Below are positions 28,516-37,654 of a DNA stretch of 64,000 nt, one piece after another. The notes beneath the pieces are model-generated. The model searched no databases. It saw nothing but the letters and a program-made list of their open reading frames with translations, and was not told where the DNA came from. The translations under genes were made by a program, and so were the position numbers. The stretch's first letter is position 1. Each line of letters begins with the position of its first letter. Source of the DNA: Desulfomonilia bacterium (GTDB taxonomy: Bacteria; Desulfobacterota; Desulfomonilia; UBA1062); NCBI GenBank assembly GCA_050014195.1, contig JBEKDT010000005.1, positions 1 to 64,000 of the forward strand, written 5' to 3'.

Positions 28516-29148
28516 TCACGGTGTTGCCGGCTTCTCTTCAATGCTGCAGAAATGCTTGTTCTTGTAGAACTCAAGGAGCCTTTCCACATCGTCCTTGCAC
28601 TCGCCGCATACCGTGCTCACCTTGGTCTTCTCCTGGAGCTCATAGAAGGTCCTGGCACCTTCCAGCACGGCGTCTTCTATCTCATGGTCGGTGATGTTCA
28701 TGCAATTGCATACCACGCGGGCCTCTTCGCGCTTGACCTTATCCGTCAAGCCGCTGCGCTCGTAGTAGTCGTTGATGGCTGCCCTCAAGGCCTTGTCGCC
28801 AAGCACGCTGCAGTGGATCTTGTGCTCGGGAAGGCCTCCCAGCTCCTTGTTGATGTCCTTGGGGGAGAGCTTGAATGCGTCTTCGAGCTTCATGCCTTTG
28901 ACCATCTCGGAGAGGACCGAGGTGCTGGCAATGGCGCTGGCGCATCCGAAGGTCTTCCACTTGCAGTCGGCAATCGTGCCCTTTTCCTTGTCCACCTTGA
29001 TGGCAACGATCATCTGGTCGCCGCACTTGATGTTGCCGGTTATACCTCTCCCGTCTTCATGATAGTTCTTTTCATCTTCAAGAACATTTTTCGGGTGCAT
29101 GAAGTGCTCCAGCACCTTGTCGGTATATACCCAGTTCACCTGTTCCAT
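28516..29148 (-). CDS. nifU: NifU/IscU-type Fe-S scaffold with BFD-like [2Fe-2S] domain
   Basis: YTDKVLEHF.HPKN, CGD, FGCASAIAS, KIHCS, then CNC...CGEC. TAATG overlap with the nifS stop. Confidence 0.85.
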   Translation of the reverse strand: MEQVNWVYTDKVLEHFMHPKNVLEDEKNYHEDGRGITGNIKCGDQMIVAIKVDKEKGTIADCKWKTFGCASAIASTSVLSEMVKGMKLEDAFKLSPKDINKELGGLPEHKIHCSVLGDKALRAAINDYYERSGLTDKVKREEARVVCNCMNITDHEIEDAVLEGARTFYELQEKTKVSTVCGECKDDVERLLEFYKNKHFCSIEEKPATP

Positions 29149-30335
29149 TACTGCCTCCTTACGTATGCGGTGGACATGTCCCTGATGCGAGAGATGACCC
29201 CGGGGAGCACATGAAGCATATAGTCGATGTCCTCGATGGTGTTTTCCCTGCCCAGGCTGATGCGGATGGACCCGTGGGCGCACTCTGCGGGCAGCCCGGT
29301 GGCAAGGATCACATGGGAGGGGTCAAGCGAGCCCGATGCGCATGCGCTTCCGGTGGAGACCGCTATGCCTGCAAGGTCGAGGTAGAGGAGTATCGCCTCG
29401 CCCTCGGAGCCTTCAAAAGACACGTTCAGCGTGCCGGGCAGACAGTCGGTCGGGTGCCCCACAAAGAGCACGTCCGGGATCTTTTCGGCTATGCCCTTTC
29501 TCAAGGTCTCTTTCATGGCAAGCAGCCGCTTCTCTTCTTCCTTCATCTCGATGGCGCGCATGTCCACGGCCTTGCCCAGGGCTATGATGCCGATGGTGTT
29601 CTCGGTGCCTGCCCTCCTGCCGCGTTCCTGGTGGCCGCCCCTGATGAGCGGACAGAATGGGGAGCCCTTCCTGATGTACACCGCCCCGATCCCCTTGGGG
29701 CCGTAGATCTTGTGTCCGGAGAGCGTGAGGAAGTCCACGCCGAGATCATTTACATCCACGGGAACCTTGCCCACGGCCTGGACTGCATCCGTGTGGAGCA
29801 GGGCACCTTGTTCATGCACGATCCTTGATATGGTCTTTATATCCTGAATCGTGCCGATCTCGTTGTTGGCCATCATGATGGACACGAGACCGGTCATCGG
29901 TGTTATGGAATCCTTGAGCTGATCGAGATCCACCTTGCCGTCCTTGTCCACATCGAGATAGGTAACCTTGATCCCTCTCTCTGCCATGCATTTTGAGGCC
30001 TCGAGTACACATGGGTGCTCGATGGTAGTGGTGATGAGCTCCTTGCCGCTGCATGCATTGAACTCGCAGGCCCCGCACTGGCTGTTGAGGATGGAGAGCA
30101 CGGTGTTGTTGCCCTCGGAACCGCTGCCCACGAAGAGTATCTCCTCCGGTTTCGCACCGATGAAGCGGCTCACCTTCTCACGCGCCTCCTCCACATACTT
30201 GCGCGCAAGCCTGCCGAACCCGTGGAGGCTCGAAGGGTTGCCGTAAATATCCAGGACCTCAAAGATCTCCTTCTTTACTTCAGGATGGAGGGGCGTAGTG
30301 GCATTATTATCGAAATAGATCAACCGTTTATCCAT
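29148..30335 (-). CDS. nifS: cysteine desulfurase NifS/IscS
   Basis: IYFDNNATT, GNPSSLH, EHPC, HTDAVQ, SGHKIYGPKG, STGSACASG. Confidence 0.92.
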   Translation of the reverse strand: MDKRLIYFDNNATTPLHPEVKKEIFEVLDIYGNPSSLHGFGRLARKYVEEAREKVSRFIGAKPEEILFVGSGSEGNNTVLSILNSQCGACEFNACSGKELITTTIEHPCVLEASKCMAERGIKVTYLDVDKDGKVDLDQLKDSITPMTGLVSIMMANNEIGTIQDIKTISRIVHEQGALLHTDAVQAVGKVPVDVNDLGVDFLTLSGHKIYGPKGIGAVYIRKGSPFCPLIRGGHQERGRRAGTENTIGIIALGKAVDMRAIEMKEEEKRLLAMKETLRKGIAEKIPDVLFVGHPTDCLPGTLNVSFEGSEGEAILLYLDLAGIAVSTGSACASGSLDPSHVILATGLPAECAHGSIRISLGRENTIEDIDYMLHVLPGVISRIRDMSTAYVRRQ

Positions 30336-30679
30336 GAATTCCTCCCGGGTCTGCCTTTTCTTCTGACGGCTTTTGCTCTCCTTAGGATTCATTATGTTTC
30401 TCCATTCATAGGGTTATCTATAACCTTTTTCCAGATTGTACCAAACAAATTGAACCGATCCTTAAAAAGGATCCCCAATTACAACCCCATTTTTACAGCA
30501 ATGAGGGAATCTCATTTAGTATGAACTGCCTTGTCAGTGCAACAACGATTGAGAGATGAACGGCAAATAAAATTATTGTTAAAATCCTTGGGTATGTCCA
30601 TGATCCGACCCCCTCACATCGGCATCCGGCCATGACAAGATATGTAAAATTCCTTAAGCGTCTGTTTCGTGTGTCATAT

Positions 30680-31924
30680 TCAAACCTTTGCAAAGACCAT
30701 GGATGCAAAGGTTACGGCGCTGTTCGTGGCAGGCTCGTTATAGGTGCCGTGATGCAGGAGTTCGGCCCTGCTCCGGCCTATGAGAGACGAAAAGAGCATC
30801 ATGGAGGCGAGCCCGCAGACGTTAAACTCATCCCCCGTAGCAAGGGTATTTTTCCAGATCTCTTCAGGCCTTCCCGCGATCAGGTGGGAAATGATCTGTT
30901 CATCATTGAACCGTGCACGTCCAAGAAGGGCGTCAGCAGTGATGCCGTGCCCGAATTTGTGCCCCACATGGGAAAAGTCCACTCCTGACACAAAAAGCAC
31001 ATTTAGGCCCCCTTGCCCGATGATCCTCAAAATGCCGTCTCTGAAGGCGAGGAACCGCTCATCGCGCAAAGGATCATTCTTGCCTGCGAGAAATTCATGG
31101 ATTCCGCCGCAGAGCACGGGTACGATCTTGACGGCCACTCCGAGGTAATAGGCGAGAAATATTGTCTGGAACTCTATGGAATGCTCCATCATGTGATCGA
31201 AGTCACCTGGTGCAAGCGTATTATCAGGAAGCCCCGCCTTCAGCTCTTCGATAAACCTCCTGTCTGTCACCAGTGTCCCGAGCGGGGTGATGTAGTCCTT
31301 GTCGGAGAGACAGTACAATCCATTTCCGCCGCTGTGGTTGATGCCCAAGATGATCACCAGGTCATAGCTGCTTCCCCTGAGCCTCCGGTAGGCATCCACA
31401 TAGGCTTGCTCAGCCGCTGAGATCTCGATGTGCGGGGCCATGATGCCGAGAATTTCCGTATCATGATTGCCGGGAAGCGGCGGCAGCCCCGACTCAATGG
31501 ATGCAATATACGACCTGAGCCTGTTGGGGTCTGCCTGGTAGGACTTGCCTGCAAGCTGTGGTTCGCGCAGAGTCTTTTTTGCAAACTCCTCCATGACGGC
31601 CGTTTTTCTGAGCCTGAAGGCGTCGCTCTCCAGGAGAAAGGCGTGGTCGAACTGGTTGATGAGGGCCTCCACATCGGTCATGGGGACAATTGAGCCTCCG
31701 GCCATGCGCATGAGACCCATCTGGATATCCCTCAAGTCGTGGCGTCCGTCCATCATGGAAAGCAGCGGAACTGCACCCCTGTCAAGGGCGAAGCCGGTCC
31801 GGGCGAGTTTGAGCGGATCGATAAAGGTGATCATCTGCCGCCCTTCAATGGTGACAGGGACGGCCTGGATATCGCGCCTTAAGATAGGATTACCCGTCTC
31901 TTCTATCCTCTTTTGGATATGCAA
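30680..31924 (-). CDS. AmmeMemoRadiSam system protein B (Memo-like) with N-terminal extension
   Basis: REPQLAG..Y, APHI, LGINH, EHSIEFQ, DFSHVG, NVCG. Start uncertain. Confidence 0.85.
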   Translation of the reverse strand: MHIQKRIEETGNPILRRDIQAVPVTIEGRQMITFIDPLKLARTGFALDRGAVPLLSMMDGRHDLRDIQMGLMRMAGGSIVPMTDVEALINQFDHAFLLESDAFRLRKTAVMEEFAKKTLREPQLAGKSYQADPNRLRSYIASIESGLPPLPGNHDTEILGIMAPHIEISAAEQAYVDAYRRLRGSSYDLVIILGINHSGGNGLYCLSDKDYITPLGTLVTDRRFIEELKAGLPDNTLAPGDFDHMMEHSIEFQTIFLAYYLGVAVKIVPVLCGGIHEFLAGKNDPLRDERFLAFRDGILRIIGQGGLNVLFVSGVDFSHVGHKFGHGITADALLGRARFNDEQIISHLIAGRPEEIWKNTLATGDEFNVCGLASMMLFSSLIGRSRAELLHHGTYNEPATNSAVTFASMVFAKV

Positions 31925-31960
31925 GCAGTAAGGGTAGGCAGCTATACAGGGTTACCGCAC

Positions 31961-32098
31961 TTACGCTTTCTTGGCGCCTTTGGATCCTTTGGTTACCGCG
32001 TTTACAGGCAAGGCCTTTTTCTTTCTTCTGGGTCTTCTTTTCCCAAAAGTTCCTATCCAGGTCTTGCCCCGTTTGCTCCGTTGATCACCCTTGCCCAT
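31961..32098 (-). CDS. 30S ribosomal protein bTHX (THX/PSRP4 family)
   Basis: [28 protein letters not shown] matches Thermus THX ([27 protein letters not shown]). GGGAGG RBS. 45 aa, absent from the ORF track. Confidence 0.9.
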   Translation of the reverse strand: MGKGDQRSKRGKTWIGTFGKRRPRRKKKALPVNAVTKGSKGAKKA

Positions 32099-32177
32099 AG
32101 ATGGATCCTCCCTGTGCAATCATCTGATCATGATGGAATTCTTTAACTTTGATTATACACCTTTATCTGCTTTTCGT

Positions 32178-33053
32178 TCAATGCATCTCATTGAGCAGCC
32201 GCAGGAGATGGTCTTTCCGGAAGACATAGGAACGGTTGCAGAAGTGACAGGAGATGTCGAATACCTCCTGGTCTCTGATGATCTCTTCGATTTGGGACCT
32301 GCCGAGCGTTATGAGCGCCTGCTCTATCCGGGCACTGGAACACGAGCAGCGGAAAGACAGCTGTCTGGTCTCGATCGTACGATAGGGGACTCCATCGAAT
32401 ACGGCTGCCAGGAGGTCTTCCGGTGTCTTTCCCTCCTTAAGCTGGCGGGTGATGGGCGGCATATTTTCGATCCTGCCTGCAAGAGAGTCGATGAGGGCCT
32501 CATCGGCAGGCGGGAGCGACTGGACAAGGAACCCGCCGGATGCGGTCACGCTGCCGTCGGTCTCCACAAAAACACCTAAGCCGACCGCCGAGGGGATCTG
32601 CTCGGATTCGGTGAGGTAAAAGGCGATGTCGGAGGCGATCTCGCCGGTGTAGAGTTTTACCACGCCATTATAAGGCTCCTTGAGCCTCAGGTCCTTGGTT
32701 ACGGTGAGAAACCCTTCCCTGCCCAAGGCCCCACCGACATCGAACTTGCCGTTCCTGGGCGGCAGGTCCACCTGGGGCACCTCTACATAACCCCGTACCG
32801 TGCCGTCACCCTCTGCCTCTACAATGATCTTCTTCAGAGGCCCGTTGCCGGTAAACTTGAGTGCCACCCTCTGGTCGGGTTCCAGCAATGCGCCGAGAAG
32901 CTCGCCGCCGGTCAATGCCCTGCCGAGGGCCGCAGTGGCGGTCGGGTAGGTCCCGTGCCGCTTCCGCGCATCGTTTACGAGATTGGTCGTAATGCAGGCA
33001 AGGCCCAGGATGTTCTTCTCTTCAGTGATGATCCGCACCAGATAGTCTTCCAT
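32178..33053 (-). CDS. hslO: Hsp33 redox-regulated chaperone
   Basis: AALGRALT, GNGPL, SEQIPSA, GGFLVQ, C-terminal CSC...CHFC. Confidence 0.94.
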   Translation of the reverse strand: MEDYLVRIITEEKNILGLACITTNLVNDARKRHGTYPTATAALGRALTGGELLGALLEPDQRVALKFTGNGPLKKIIVEAEGDGTVRGYVEVPQVDLPPRNGKFDVGGALGREGFLTVTKDLRLKEPYNGVVKLYTGEIASDIAFYLTESEQIPSAVGLGVFVETDGSVTASGGFLVQSLPPADEALIDSLAGRIENMPPITRQLKEGKTPEDLLAAVFDGVPYRTIETRQLSFRCSCSSARIEQALITLGRSQIEEIIRDQEVFDISCHFCNRSYVFRKDHLLRLLNEMH

Positions 33054-33386
33054 TGAGGGACATTCCTTTCATCAGCGATGCCAAGATGTACTGCATTTAC
33101 TATCTCCTAGGACATGCACCGGAGGTATTCAAGGGTATTTTTCCCTACTATCGCAAAAGGGCCCTTCTATAGAAATCTACAGCTTCACCTGTTCGTCTAC
33201 TTGTGGAGATTATCAAAAGAAATATTCAGTATTGGCATAGCGTTATGTATGGCACGAAATCTTCAGTTGACGAAGTAACAATAAACAGCAATCATCTTCC
33301 ATGTTAAGAGAATTAATTTACTCATCATATTGTATTGTTACAAGAGCATATATTGATAACTTCCGAAAAGAACTATGTTTGAATGA

Positions 33387-33402
33387 TGGCATTTTAATTG
33401 CT
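33387..33402 (+). promoter_or_regulatory. sigma54 (-24/-12) promoter
   Basis: TGGCAT-TTTAA-TTGCT has exact GG-N10-GC spacing and lies upstream of the lipoprotein gene. Confidence 0.65.
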
Positions 33403-33524
33403 ATATAATTAAGTGAGTTACTCTATCACGATAGGCATCTTCACTGATAGGGAAACTTTTTAGTAACCAAGAAACATTACATCTATGAAAGCTTATTTTA
33501 GCTTATAATAGAGGTGGATTAACT

Positions 33525-34157
33525 ATGGATACATATCGTTTCCTGGGCCTCTTTCGGATTATCTTGATTTTATCTATTATTGCGCTTCTTATTGGTTGTG
33601 GTGGAAGCGGTGGGGGTGGTAAGGTATCGTCCGAATCTGCTTCTGAATTTACAATATCTGGTACGGTAAGTGGATATGCTCAAGGGGATTTTCCTATAAG
33701 GTTATCGGGCACTAACTCAGGTACTGGGTCGACAGATGACAGTGGGTATTATAGTTTTTCGGGCCTGACAAATGGGTCGTACACTGTTACCCCAATTATT
33801 TTTTGGTATTCATTCACTCCATGTAGTCAAGCGGTAACGATCAACGGAGCAGATGTCAGAGCAATCAACTTTACTTCTTATGCTTCAAGCGTTGGTTGTT
33901 ACTATAGCATCTCTGGAGTCATAACAGTGGATGGTGCGGCTAAGCAAGGTGTTATTGTAACATTATCGGGCACCAACTCAGGTACTGCGTCGACAGATGC
34001 CGGTGGGTATTATAGTTTTTCGAACCTGATGAATGGGGGATATATTCTTACACCATCCATTACTGAATATACATTCACTCCAAGTAGTCAAGCGGTTACG
34101 ATCAACGGATCGGATGTCGGTAAAATCAATTTTACAGCTACTGATCTTTCCCCTTAA
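33525..34157 (+). CDS. lipoprotein with two tandem carboxypeptidase-regulatory/CnaB-like beta-sandwich repeats
   Basis: Lipobox LLIGC and a Gly linker. An 87-aa repeat (ISG.V...LSGTNSGT.STD..GYYSFS.L.NG.Y..TP) is visible in the DNA at a 261-bp offset (33702 vs 33963). Confidence 0.82.
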   Translation: MDTYRFLGLFRIILILSIIALLIGCGGSGGGGKVSSESASEFTISGTVSGYAQGDFPIRLSGTNSGTGSTDDSGYYSFSGLTNGSYTVTPIIFWYSFTPCSQAVTINGADVRAINFTSYASSVGCYYSISGVITVDGAAKQGVIVTLSGTNSGTASTDAGGYYSFSNLMNGGYILTPSITEYTFTPSSQAVTINGSDVGKINFTATDLSP

Positions 34158-34310
34158 AGCTAGGTCTATAAGTGAGTATTGCTTGTTAAATAATAAGAGG
34201 AGTACCAATATAAGGGCTAGATGTACTCAGATTAGCATCTTTTCACCCCCTCCTTAAACTAAATATTTCTTCGATAAATTGCTGGCCTCAACTTCAGATT
34301 ATGAACCATT

Positions 34311-34414
34311 GATAACTGTGATAGATGAGTACTTTTGAAATGCCTGGAAATCGAAGATCTTGGTTTGAAACATATGAAGCATTTCACTCCATACGAGACC
34401 GTTGCACCTGGCAC
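34311..34414 (+). repeat. diverged direct repeat, copy A (promoter-like, ends TGGCAC)
   Basis: Ungapped match to 35761-35864 at offset 1450. 58 of 73 positions identical over 34342-34414 by manual count. Confidence 0.75.
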
Positions 34415-34520
34415 GAAATCTACACATCTGCCTACTATCAAAAAACAGGGGTCTTATTCTACATGAACCTGGAATTTTTATATTGGCACCTTCATATGAT
34501 CATTATTACGCATTTCACAG

Positions 34521-35507
34521 TTACGAATCATTATTCTCTTTTGTCTGATCACTCAATACCGCTTCCATCTTCCTGTGGACATACTCCTTGAAGTCCAACT
34601 TTTTTTTAATGATCCTTCTCATGTCCGAACGCTTAAGCCACCTACTGTAGAGCCAGAACCAATGCTCCGGGTGTTCTCTGACAACAGAAGCCACCCAGGA
34701 CTGCATGAAGTCACTCAGTTTCTGTATAGCCTCATCCCCATCGCCATACTGTGCCGCATCCACAGCCTTGGCAAAGTACCAGTGGTAGGTGCCTTTCTGC
34801 TTAATGGTATAGACCGGCATTACCAGGGCATTCCCTATGAGTGCTATCGAGGCTGGTGCGGATTTGGAAGGCGCCGGCATGCCGAAGATATCGCAGAACA
34901 GGTCGTCTTTCTGGTCTCCACGCATGTCGATGATCATGCCGACGATGGTCTTGCCCTTTTTCAGTTCATTAATAAGCATGTGAAATGTGCCCGTTGGTGG
35001 CAGGACGGTGGCACCACAGCGGTCCCGGATACCGTTCACTATAGCTTCAAGCTTCGGATTTTTGCGGATATCAGCCATGGCGTAAAACTCAGTGCCCACA
35101 ACCTTCTTCATATGGCCGAGGATCTCCCAGTTCCCGATGTGGCCCGTGAACATCATGAGCCCCCGTCCGCTTGCCAGCGCCTCATCTACGTGCTCCTTCC
35201 CCTCCACCACAATCCTGCTTCTGATCTCTTCATCGCTCATAAATGCATACCGGATCGTGTCTACAATTATTTCTGTCTGGTTCATGAATACCTTCAGCAC
35301 AAGCCGCCACGGATTCTCTATGCCAAGGGCGGTGCGTATCTGGACTGTGGCAACCTTCCTATGGAACGGGTCTACGAGCCACATGATGATGCCAATAAAT
35401 CGAAAAAGATTCACCACGAGGTTATAGGGCAGGCATCGGATGAGCCTGATCACAGCGCGTAATGCCTGATACGGTATTTCCTGCAGGATAGGTATAATGG
35501 GTTTCAT
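34521..35507 (-). CDS. lipid A lauroyl/lysophospholipid acyltransferase (LpxL/HtrB family)
   Basis: VEGKEH, TGHIGNWE, IID, FGMPA, PEHWFWLYSRW. Confidence 0.88.
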   Translation of the reverse strand: MKPIIPILQEIPYQALRAVIRLIRCLPYNLVVNLFRFIGIIMWLVDPFHRKVATVQIRTALGIENPWRLVLKVFMNQTEIIVDTIRYAFMSDEEIRSRIVVEGKEHVDEALASGRGLMMFTGHIGNWEILGHMKKVVGTEFYAMADIRKNPKLEAIVNGIRDRCGATVLPPTGTFHMLINELKKGKTIVGMIIDMRGDQKDDLFCDIFGMPAPSKSAPASIALIGNALVMPVYTIKQKGTYHWYFAKAVDAAQYGDGDEAIQKLSDFMQSWVASVVREHPEHWFWLYSRWLKRSDMRRIIKKKLDFKEYVHRKMEAVLSDQTKENNDS

Positions 35508-35760
35508 GATTTCTTCTTTCGTGTCTTAATTTCTTCAGCCTGGGCTTTTGGGGACCAACGGGTTAAAAACCTGCAGCCCAATGCTTAGATTAGAATTATC
35601 CCTAAACATGGGTTGAATACCCCGCCATGAACCAGTCAAGGCTTGAAATAAATAAGTGTAAAATCGCCACTTCTATAATAACTGATGTTTAATTTCATCA
35701 TAGAGTTGTAATCACTCTTTTTATAACATGAGATGTGTTTCAACTCTATATCAGAGTAGA

Positions 35761-35864
35761 GATAACTGCGATTTCTTCTCGGTTCTATGAAGTCTGAAAA
35801 CTGAAGATATTGGTTTGAAACATACGAAGCCTATCACTTAATACCAGACCGTGGCCAATGGCAC
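35761..35864 (+). repeat. diverged direct repeat, copy B
   Basis: GATAACTGCGAT...GAAGATATTGGTTTGAAACATACGAAGC...AGACCGT...TGGCAC. Confidence 0.75.
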
Positions 35865-36121
35865 CCATTAAAAGGCCCCTGTCAATAAAAACATAGTTCG
35901 CCATCGCACATTTTTTTGCAGGTGTAACGTATAGCCAGCTGGGAGCATACCAACGATTCCTTTTCTGCGCCCTGTTTTTCATTATGCTCAGGTGACAGAT
36001 TACGATCCGCACCAGGCACCCATCGGGGTTTAGACTGTACAGCGAGAGGGTGATGTGAAGGGAGTAGCCCTCTCAGCCCATACATCCCTGACAGCATCTG
36101 CTGTCCCAGAAAAATATCGGT

Positions 36122-36676
36122 TCCTTTCTTGCCGAAGCAACACCTATCACAACAGATCTTAATTACTCTAATGTTGATCTCGGTCTTACCGGAACGTTCG
36201 CTACGGTCACGGTAGCGGTGACGGGAGACACAGCAACGTTTACAGTTGACGCCAATCAAGCTCTCTTAGGGGCTGGGTCAAACTTTGGCATACAGTCATT
36301 CGGATTCAATTCCAGTCTAGACTTATCAAGTGCCGTTTTTTCATTACCCAATAAATGGAGTGTAAAATCTGGCCAGAACCTCAGCATGTTTGGTATTTTT
36401 AACTATGATACAGTAGGGAAAGGAAATAGTAGACATGATCCACTGACTTTTACGGTGACGGAGTTGGGCATTAACAATGCGAGTCAGTTCTATATTGCTA
36501 ATTCAGATGGTTATCATTATGCTGCACATATCGCTGATTTCACTAATGGTCGTGATTGCGACAGTGCATGGTTTTCCGATAAGGCGACACCCCCAGTCCC
36601 TGAGCCCGCTACACTGATGCTTCTCGGATCAGGTCTTCTCGGACTGGCAGGATTCAGAAGAAAGATGAAAAAGTAA
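36122..36676 (+). pseudogene. PEP-CTERM sorting domain protein, 5'-truncated
   Basis: C-terminal VPEPATLMLLGSGLLGLAGFRRKMKK. The frame extends upstream to SFLAEA|TPIT (signal cleavage site), but there is no start codon or n/h-region before the TGA at 36089. Confidence 0.7.
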
Positions 36677-36700
36677 TACAGCATATTAACAGGATATCAG

Positions 36701-36735
36701 AGGCAGGGTCATTGAAAGGCCCTGCCTTTTTATTT
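36701..36735 (+). terminator. rho-independent terminator
   Basis: AGGCAGGGTC-ATTGAAA-GGCCCTGCCT followed by TTTTATTT. Confidence 0.85.
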
Positions 36736-36875
36736 ATTCTTTGTAAATGGTCACAGCAAGTCAAGGTATGACTCCTGATGCGCAATATTTAGCTTTATAA
36801 TAAATGTAATGCATATCTTATGAAATCTCCCGATAAGATAGTTAGTTAACCAATCCTAAATAATAGGGTTTCAAC

Positions 36876-37199
36876 ATGAATGATAGAAGAAATAATCTTA
36901 GAAAAAACTACAAATCAAAGGTATCATTACAATTGAATGAAATTATTAAGGGATATGGATATACAAAAGATATCAGTATTGGTGGTGTATGTATTAACTC
37001 ACCGGAACTTTTTGCTTTCCTGGGGCTGGAACAAGCTGATCAATTCCTTAATCTTACGTTGAATGTTTCTTTTGTGTCTGAATCTTTAACACTTCTAGGC
37101 ACTATAATCCGAGTTAATGCGTTCGAAAATGAATTGGTAATTAGTATATCTCAAATATCAAACCCCACAAGGTGGATGTGGCTATGTAACTATGGATGA
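36876..37199 (+). CDS. PilZ domain protein
   Basis: RRNNLR (RxxxR) and DISIGG (DxSxxG) c-di-GMP-binding motifs. Confidence 0.8.
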   Translation: MNDRRNNLRKNYKSKVSLQLNEIIKGYGYTKDISIGGVCINSPELFAFLGLEQADQFLNLTLNVSFVSESLTLLGTIIRVNAFENELVISISQISNPTRWMWLCNYG

Positions 37200-37654
37200 T
37201 CCTTGGTTATAAAGGAGATGTTTTAACTTTAGCTTGATGATAAAATCATTAGAAGACAATCTTTCAGGTTCATGTCAACTTTAAAGGACTATCACTTAGT
37301 CACCTAACAGTGTTGATCTCTGCGATATTATCGATGGTCTCGAGACGAGATATATGTAAATGGTTACATCATGTCAGAGTGCCAATCCTGGCACGGATTC
37401 TACAATTCTACAGAACCGGTTTTTCAAAGGTGACGTGCCATGATCGATATTATAAGGTAGAGGGAGTTCTGATAGAGATATCTCCAAAAGACTGTAACAA
37501 ATCAGTGTTTTCTAAGTCCTTCGATTCATAACAATGCAATCAATATATTTGCTGATTGTCCATTTACCCTCAAATGGGGTCAATGGAGATTATTAAGGAT
37601 TACCAAAATGACGATATACTTTGAACGGGAAGACACAATGAGAGCAAACCCATT

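Noticed and set aside
36040-36110. yybP-ykoY riboswitch (AAGGGAGTAGC)
   Set aside because: Only the 5' motif matches; the 3' GAGACC element and a suitable downstream gene are missing.
36809-36836. sigma28 promoter for pilZ
   Set aside because: A -10-like CCCGATAA is present but there is no -35 match at 11-12 bp spacing.
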